Shown here: positions 57,165-64,000 of the stretch, piece after piece | Layout: each line of letters starts with the position of its first letter | Position numbering within the stretch: position 1 is the stretch's first letter | Notes under the pieces: generated by a model | What the model was told of the DNA's origin: nothing | Databases searched by the model: none | Seen by the model: only the letters and a program-made list of their open reading frames with translations | Program-made: the position numbers and the translations under genes | Assembly (NCBI RefSeq): GCF_009914755.1 | Contig: NC_060927.1 | DNA length: 64,000 nucleotides | Reading direction: 5' to 3' (one strand) | Source of the DNA: the human T2T-CHM13v2.0 reference genome, Homo sapiens

Positions 57165-58369
57165 TAGACCTCATCAGTTACGTTTTCCAGAGAGTGGAAG
57201 AAAAGGTCAGAGTCATGAAATGACATCAACTGATAACTAGAGACAATGACTTTTCCCTAGATGTTTCTAGTAAGAAACAAATTAATAAACACAACTAATA
57301 GATGCATGCACATGTACATTAATTCACCAAATAGTTATTGAGAAATGCTATATGCAAAACACTCTCCTAAATTGGCAGGTGAGGGATGGAAAAGGTGAGA
57401 AAAATGTAATATGTTTCCTCAACAAATTTGAAATGTAGTAGGGATGTCAGATAAGTAAACAAAATACAAGTACACAAAATACTTGTCAGATACAAGTAAA
57501 CAAAATACAAAAAGAACAGAGACAGGAGGGGAGAGACATGGAGTGGAGAAGAGAAGGGGAGAGGAGGCAAGGAGGAGACTGAAGGATTGAAATTTCCTGA
57601 CTGAACGAAGAAATGTGGTACAGCTTTTAAAAACAAGGGATCTGAAGAAGTGTAGTGAGGCTGCCAACATGAAGAATGTCTCTCCTTTCTGGGCAAGATC
57701 AGACTTGGTTCTCTGGATTATGATGAAATGGAAATTTCAGGGCACTAAGAGAAACCATAAGGTTTTACATGCCCTTTATTATCCATCAAATGTAGTGCCA
57801 AGCCATCCTCAGCAATTACTCACATGGATGTCTGGCCTCTGCCTGAAAGTGGGATTCTTCATTTCTCCAAAGGTTCTGGGCCCCAGGTCTAGCATTGCTC
57901 CCTCAGTGACCTGAGGCTGACAGCAGGAGGGCCTGCCTTGCATAGCACAGTGTCATCCTATCACTACTCTTCTGTTAAATTTGGAATATTATGAGCAGGT
58001 TTTTCTTTCTTCTTTTAGAGATACAAAAAGAAAGCAAGCACTGAAGAAAACAGAGTTAATTGGAGAAATGGATTGATTTAGCCAAGTGCCTGTTCTCAGG
58101 TGTACAAATGCTTCTGATAAAAGGATCATCTTCCACTACTGTTAAGCCCTGCAGGCTTGGCCTGAGAGAGTCAAGAATAAAGCTGACTGTGCAAACTTGC
58201 AAACCTAGTGCATAACAGAGAAAATAAAGACATCATTTGCCGATTGTAAAACAAAGAAAAAAACAAAACCCCAAAAACTAAAAAGCAAGCAGGCACCTTC
58301 CAACCTAAAAAGGCCTTTTAGTAGTGAATTTGGCAATATTACATGTTCTCTTTCCTTGATGCAATATAC

Positions 58370-58735
58370 AGCTCAACTCTTGGAGAGCTACAGTGTAATG
58401 GTTAAAAGAATAGATTTAGAATCAGATAGTTTGGGTATGAATTTTGGTTCTAGTACCTTTTGCTGTGTGACCTTGGACACATTTCTTAACTTTTCTTCAG
58501 TTTCTTTCCAAACCTACAAATGTGGGATAATGGTAGTATTACTTTATAGAGTCATTATAAAGTGATTAAAATAAATTCTTTAAAAAATTTATAATAGTAC
58601 TAGAGTCACAATATGAGTTTAGTAAATGATAGTACTTTATAGAGTCATTGTAAAGTGATTAAAAGAAATTCTTTAAAGAATTTAAAATAGTACTAGAGTC
58701 ACAATATGAGTTTAGTAAATGCTGATTATTAATAA
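58370..58735 (+). mobile_element. MIR containing a tandem duplication
   Basis: CAGTGTAATGGTTAAAAGAAT...TGTGTGACCTTGGACAC. Confidence 0.7.
58540..58721. repeat. Tandem duplication, two 89-bp copies (period 93)
   Basis: 58540-58628 versus 58633-58721, 4 mismatches. Confidence 0.92.
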
Positions 58736-59449
58736 CATTACTTTAGAAAAACAGGGAATAATGATATAATATTAATTCCTTATGTTTTTCATAAGAAGGA
58801 AAAATCATGGGTATCAGGGCAGCTCAGGTCCCATGGTGTATGTAGAGGGGCTCTTCCTGAGTGTCTCCCATTACAGTAAAAAAAATTGAGTCAGTAATGG
58901 CCCATAAATGCAGAGATACAGCTCTGTTTTCTCTAGCAGTCTGGCTGCCTATTACTAGATTCTTCTTTGCCAACGAAAATATCTTACACCTCACCATCAG
59001 AGAAAGACAGTGGCACTAGGCTTGGGAGCCACCATTTATCTGGTTACTCCTAAGATGTTATTTCTGATTTTCACTACCCAACATAGTAACAAATTATTCC
59101 AGGTTTGTGTCTCATCAAAAGTTTTTAAGTATTACGTTTACATCTTCCTTCCAGTTATTGATAACACATCATACAGGATTTTGTCGGGAACAAAGACATA
59201 CACATGGGTTTCTCTACAAGTATAATTCAGTACATTTTGTTCTATAGAGATCCTACTGCTTCTTTCTTTCTACTAAAACATCCTCTCTCCCTCTCTCTCT
59301 CGCTCACTCTTGCTCTCTCTCTCACCCCTCCCCTTGCTATCTTTCTCTCTTCCTCCCTTCATACTGTTTAGTTCATGATATACTATCATATTAGTCTGTC
59401 CAAGTTCTTTTTATCACCATACCCCAACCTGTCCAAACCATTCTCCTAT

Positions 59450-59880
59450 GTCTAATGAATTCATGTGTTAATAAATGTACTTTCAAAATGTGCATGATTT
59501 TTCCATGTGAATGTATTTTAGAACATATAATTGATATTCTATTACGTGTATATCATCCTATTTCTTACATTTTTACTCAGTACCATCTTTTTTAGCTCCA
59601 TACATGGGGCTATGTCTACTTCTAGTCTGCTGGTTCTAACTGCTGCATGATGCTTTCTGGCATTCACCTACCACATGTGGTTATCCACTTTTCCCCCGAA
59701 GGACACCCTGATTGCTTTCAATTCCCTATCACCACCAAAATGGCTGCAATAAATTATGAACCTGCCTAAGTTCATAATGATGAACCTGAGATATATGCCC
59801 AAAGGCCAAATTGCTGGGTTGCTGACATACATATAGTAAATCTGACCAAGAGCTGCCACTTTGCTCTTTGATGTGGCTGC
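59450..59880 (-). mobile_element. Ancient L1ME-type fragment
   Basis: Degenerate L1 3'-region motifs (TTTTACTCAGTACCAT, ATATATGCCCAAAGGCCAAATTGCTGGGT). Confidence 0.45.
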
Positions 59881-61831
59881 ACCAGCTGGAGTACTCTTAA
59901 TTATCACCCTTCATACAGCATTTCACAATTATAAGCCCCATCTCTTTATGTCTTCACAGTGATGTCCTGAAATCACATTGACCACCTGTGTTAAATGTCA
60001 AGTTCTATTAGCTTCTAGCCATTCTCTATGCATTGGAATATATAGTAAGACAAGGTCATAAATTTACTTGTTGATTCTCTTCCTTGATATTTTCTTGTTA
60101 GAATAACTGAGCACTTTCTTGGCAATGGTTCTTCCAATGTGGTATCAGTTAATCACCAGATTTATTTTAGAGCTTTGTCTATGGTTTCTTTTCCCCTCAT
60201 CCTCTTTCATATTTCAGGTTAAATCCCTTTTGAACAGGTTAGAAGTTCTATCAAACACAGTTTTCCTTTTCTCATGGGGTGCACATCATCCTTGCCAAGG
60301 CTCAGATGTTCTGGCATGAAAAATCATGGCCTACAACACTTTAAAATAATTTCTGTGGCCAATGGTTCACTTCCCTGGTGCCTTTTCCTCTTCCAAGGCT
60401 CCACATGCTTCGATTTGTAGCCTGGACTTCAAAGTCACCAACAATACATTCCAGATTCCTTTGGCTGCGGTATTATTAATTCCCAAAGAGATCAGCAAAA
60501 CAGCCAGCAGTTAGTGGGTTTGAGGAGAGACTCAATTGCTGCTACTTTTTCAGAAGATTCAATTACTCCTTCCTCTGAGTTACTTTCTGTACACATTAAC
60601 TTCTAGACAACGGTTTCGATTCCATTGTTCTTTTGGGATATTGTTCCTCCTGACTTCTCTCCTGGATTATTTTCTTCATCTTGATAAAACTGGTATGATA
60701 TTTTCCCATTACAACTGTCCACCTAACTCAGGAGCACAAAAACAGTTTGTTCCATAACAGCATAAACCTTGTGATTTCAAATTTCTATTTGTGATGATGG
60801 CAGAAAATTAATCTAGTCACTTTCAGATACTTACTCTCATCCAGTCAAATTCAAAAGCATTATACTAACCACTCAATTCACATAAATATTTCTTTCTTTT
60901 CTTCTCCAAGCCAGTTTGGGATCAATAGCCCTGGAGAGAATAAAGGGGAATGCCCATACTTTCTAATATTTGTCCTGCACTATCTCTGCATTACTAAAGA
61001 GCTCATTAAGTCTGGTCTCAGGCTCAGCAGCTGACATTGACTAGTAGCTGAAAACTGGCTAAAATGTGACAACCATCTTCTCCCTAGGAAGATTTGTGAC
61101 TTCAGTTGATTTCAGGAAACTATAGCCACTTCTACCTCTTCCCCCAGGCAGAAGTCAACGAGCATCCTTTGTGTCTGTCTGTTGCCTTGATAACCAAGTG
61201 GCCTCTTAGAGTTGGCAAATAAATGTACACTACCAACTGACATCCGGAGTTCTATAGAGCCACGATAAAATTACAAAGTCCCACAAATTGCGAACCAGGG
61301 AAGAAAATTGGGTGCAGCATGCAGGGAAATCTTTGCTTTCTTTGAGCCTTGCTGCCCTGTTTCCATATAGCCCTGTGGTGCTGGCTGCAATTCTAAAGCC
61401 GTGCTCAGTAAAATTCATCCAAGGTATAGAATGACTTTATGCCCTGCTCTTTGACTTCCCAAACTTTGCAGGGAGACTTATCCAGCAACCCCTCTCCTCA
61501 TACACAAACATACAGACACATGTTCCTATGCATGCAGAAATGCATACACACATGCACAAATGCATACATGCATGCAACACATCACCACCAACACCAACAC
61601 CCCTCTCTGTTTTTCATTTTCAAGCACTCTTTCTTCAGCTGTCTCCTGAAGCTTGTCATTGTTACCTCCTGGGGCAAGGAATAGGAGTAGATAACTTTCC
61701 TCAACAACAACCTTTTAATTCGGTAATTTGGATTCTGGGTCATTATTTTCAAGGTGGCTTGTATCCACAACAACCATTTTCAATTAAACTTCCCAGTGGG
61801 AAAGGGAGCAGTAGGGGTACATTCCATTACT

Positions 61832-63000
61832 ATGGTTGACTCTTGAACAACAAGGGGACTAGGAGCATTGACTCCCATGCAGTGGAAAATCCATGTATAA
61901 CTTTTGACTACCTCAAAACTTAACTACTAATAGCCTACTGTTGACCAGAAGCCTTAGCCATAACATAAAGTTGATAACACATACTTTGCATGTTACATGT
62001 ATTATATACTGTACTTTTACAATAAAGCAAACTAGAGAAAAGAAAATATTACTAGGAAAATATAAGGAAGAGAAAATACATTTACAGTACTATAATGTAT
62101 TTATGTATATCATACATTTATGTGTCTGTTTACAAGTTGAACCACCTGTCTAAAATGGTGAGCAACTGCAGCTGCAGACCTCAACCTATGGTACATATCA
62201 AGTAATTCAACTTTTTCTTATAATGTCATAACTTTTCTTGGCTTCTTGAGAGCACTTTCAGCATCGCTAGTGGTACTTCGTATGGGACTCATGGTGTTAT
62301 TCAAGGTTTGCACTATTGCACTAAACACAATGCAAGATACATGACAACCATGAGACATCACTTTTTACCTCGATATGCAGTTCACTGGAGAGACAAACTG
62401 CTCACACAGAGACGATTCGCTTAACGAGATGTTTTAAGTGGATAGTCATGACACTTGGGCTCACTGCAATAATGACAGGTTATTTCATGCGGCTGTGATT
62501 TCATACTGCATCTTTACATTTGTTTACATTTCTCTCCACTGAAAATGGCAAATGGCACCATTTATGTTTGTGTGCTTAAGTTTTGATAAATTTAACTTTT
62601 ATAACAGATTTGTGTACATTTCATACTAGTAAATTATAAAATAGACTAATATCTACATATACTTAGGGCATTCTTGGCATACCTGTTTTCTTAATTTTTT
62701 TTTAATATTTCCAGGCTACATGGTTCATCTATGAATTTTTTTAAATTTCCTCTGGGTCTTTGAGTCTTCATTTCTGAAATTTCCTGCATCATATAAAACT
62801 TTGATTAGATAAATGTGTTATGCTTTTCTCTTGCTAACCTGTCTTTTGTTGTAGGAATATCCACTTTGACCCTTAAGATGGGTGAGGAAATTGATTTTTT
62901 GTTGCAAATCTCCAAAAAATCTTCCAATGTATTTATTGAAAAAAAATTACATGTAAGAGGGCCCATACACTTCAAACCTGTGTTATTCAAGAATCAACTG
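61832..63000. mobile_element. Tigger2-family DNA transposon (Tigger2b-like) with an internal foreign segment
   Basis: TIRs GGTTGACTCTTGAACAAC ... GTTATTCAAGAATCAACTG|TA. Tigger2 internal text AACTACTAATAGCCTACTGTTGACCAGAAGCCTT. Confidence 0.82.
62748..62900 (+). mobile_element. Fragment of an ERV1-type LTR 3' end (MER34/MER39/LTR48-like)
   Basis: TGGGTCTTTGAGTCTTCATTTCTGAA...TAAAACTTTGATTAGATAAATGTGTTATGCTTTTCTCTTG...GATGGGTGAGGAAA. Confidence 0.55.
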
Positions 63001-63129
63001 TACTTTACATACCACTCTGCTACACAATAATTTATAGAAGCCTTTCTTTCCATTAAGCCAGCTGACAGAATGACCTTTCTCAAGCAATGGATGGCACAAC
63101 TATTACTATTTGCAAAGTGAGTCCTTGAA

Positions 63130-64000
63130 GAGGAGGGCAGCCAAGATGGCCAAATAGGAACAGCTCTGGTCTACAGCTCCCAGTGTGAGTGATGCAGAAG
63201 ACGGGTGATTTCTGCATTTCCATCTGAGGTACCGGGTTCATCTCACTAGGGAGTGGCAGACAGTGGGCGCAGGACGGTGGGTGCAGCGCACGGTACATGA
63301 GCCGAAGCAGGGCGAGGCATTGCCTCCCTTGGGAAGCACAAGGGGTCAGGGAGTTCCCTTTCCTAGTCAAAGAAAGGGGTGATCGGGTCACTGGAAAATC
63401 GGGTCACTCCCACCCTAATACTGTGCTTTTCCGATGGGCTTAAAAAATGGTGCACCAGGAGATTATATCCCACACCTGGCTCAGAGGGTCCTACGCCCAT
63501 GGAGTCTCACTGATTGCTAGAACAGCAGTCTGAGATCGAACTGCAAGGCAGCAGTGAGGCTGGGGGAGGAGCTCCCGCCACTGCCCAGGCTTGATTAGGT
63601 AAACAAAGCAGCTGGGAAGCTCAAACTGGGTGGAGCCCACCACAGCTCAAGGAGGCCTGCCTGCCTCTGTAGGCTCCACCTCTGGGGGCAGGGCACAGAC
63701 AAACAAAAAGACAGCAGTAACCTCTGCAGACTTAAATGTCCCTGTCTGACAGCTTTGAAGAGAGCAGTGGTTCTCCCAGCACACAGCTGGAGATCTGAGA
63801 ATGGGCAGACTGCCTCCTCAAGTGGGTCCCTGACCCCTGACCCTCGAGCAGCCTAACTGGGAGGCACCCCCTAGTAGGGGCAGACTGACATCTCACATGG
63901 CCGGGTACTCCTCTGAGACAAAACTTCCAGAGGAACAATCAGACAGCAGCATTCGCGGTTCACAAAAATCTGCTGTTCTGCAGCCACCGTTGCTGATACC
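63130..64000 (+). mobile_element. LINE-1 5' UTR, L1PA4/early L1PA3-like (continues beyond the window)
   Basis: GAGGAGGGCAGCCAAGATGGCC start with YY1 site. Contains the extra segment CTCTGAGACAAAACTTCCAGAGGAAC...CAGCCACC from ~63910. Confidence 0.92.

Noticed and set aside
58540-58721. CRISPR-like or other prokaryotic repeat system
   Set aside because: There are only two adjacent copies, no unique spacers and no cas genes, and the window is primate DNA.

Overview
This is primate (very likely human or great-ape) gene-poor genomic DNA dominated by transposable elements. I see no intact host protein-coding gene, RNA gene or CRISPR array, and almost all tracked ORFs are decayed retroelement frames or chance ORFs. 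From left to right: a young near-full-length L1 (L1PA2/late L1PA3-like, minus strand, 1-4189) abutting an older L1; Alus, MIR/L2 relics and a ~100-bp inverted repeat pair (10157-11527); a motif-dense candidate enhancer/promoter at ~15.9-16.2 kb; and a ~20-kb four-layer nest (old L1PA > L1PB1 > HERV-L/MLT2A > a 2.3-kb polyadenylated retrocopy that splits the ERV reverse transcriptase). These are followed by a cluster of solo LTRs and DNA-transposon relics with clean TSDs, and the 5' UTR of an L1PA4-like element at the right edge. The most interesting observations are a C-terminally extended L1 ORF0 that reads out of the element, the cellular 3'UTR-like retrocopy inside HERV-L pol, a perfect DUX4 consensus in the MLT2A LTR, the unexplained inverted repeat, and several repair or rearrangement scars. 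I found no convincing novel biological system. All subfamily names come from recalled consensus sequences compared by eye and need RepeatMasker/Dfam confirmation.
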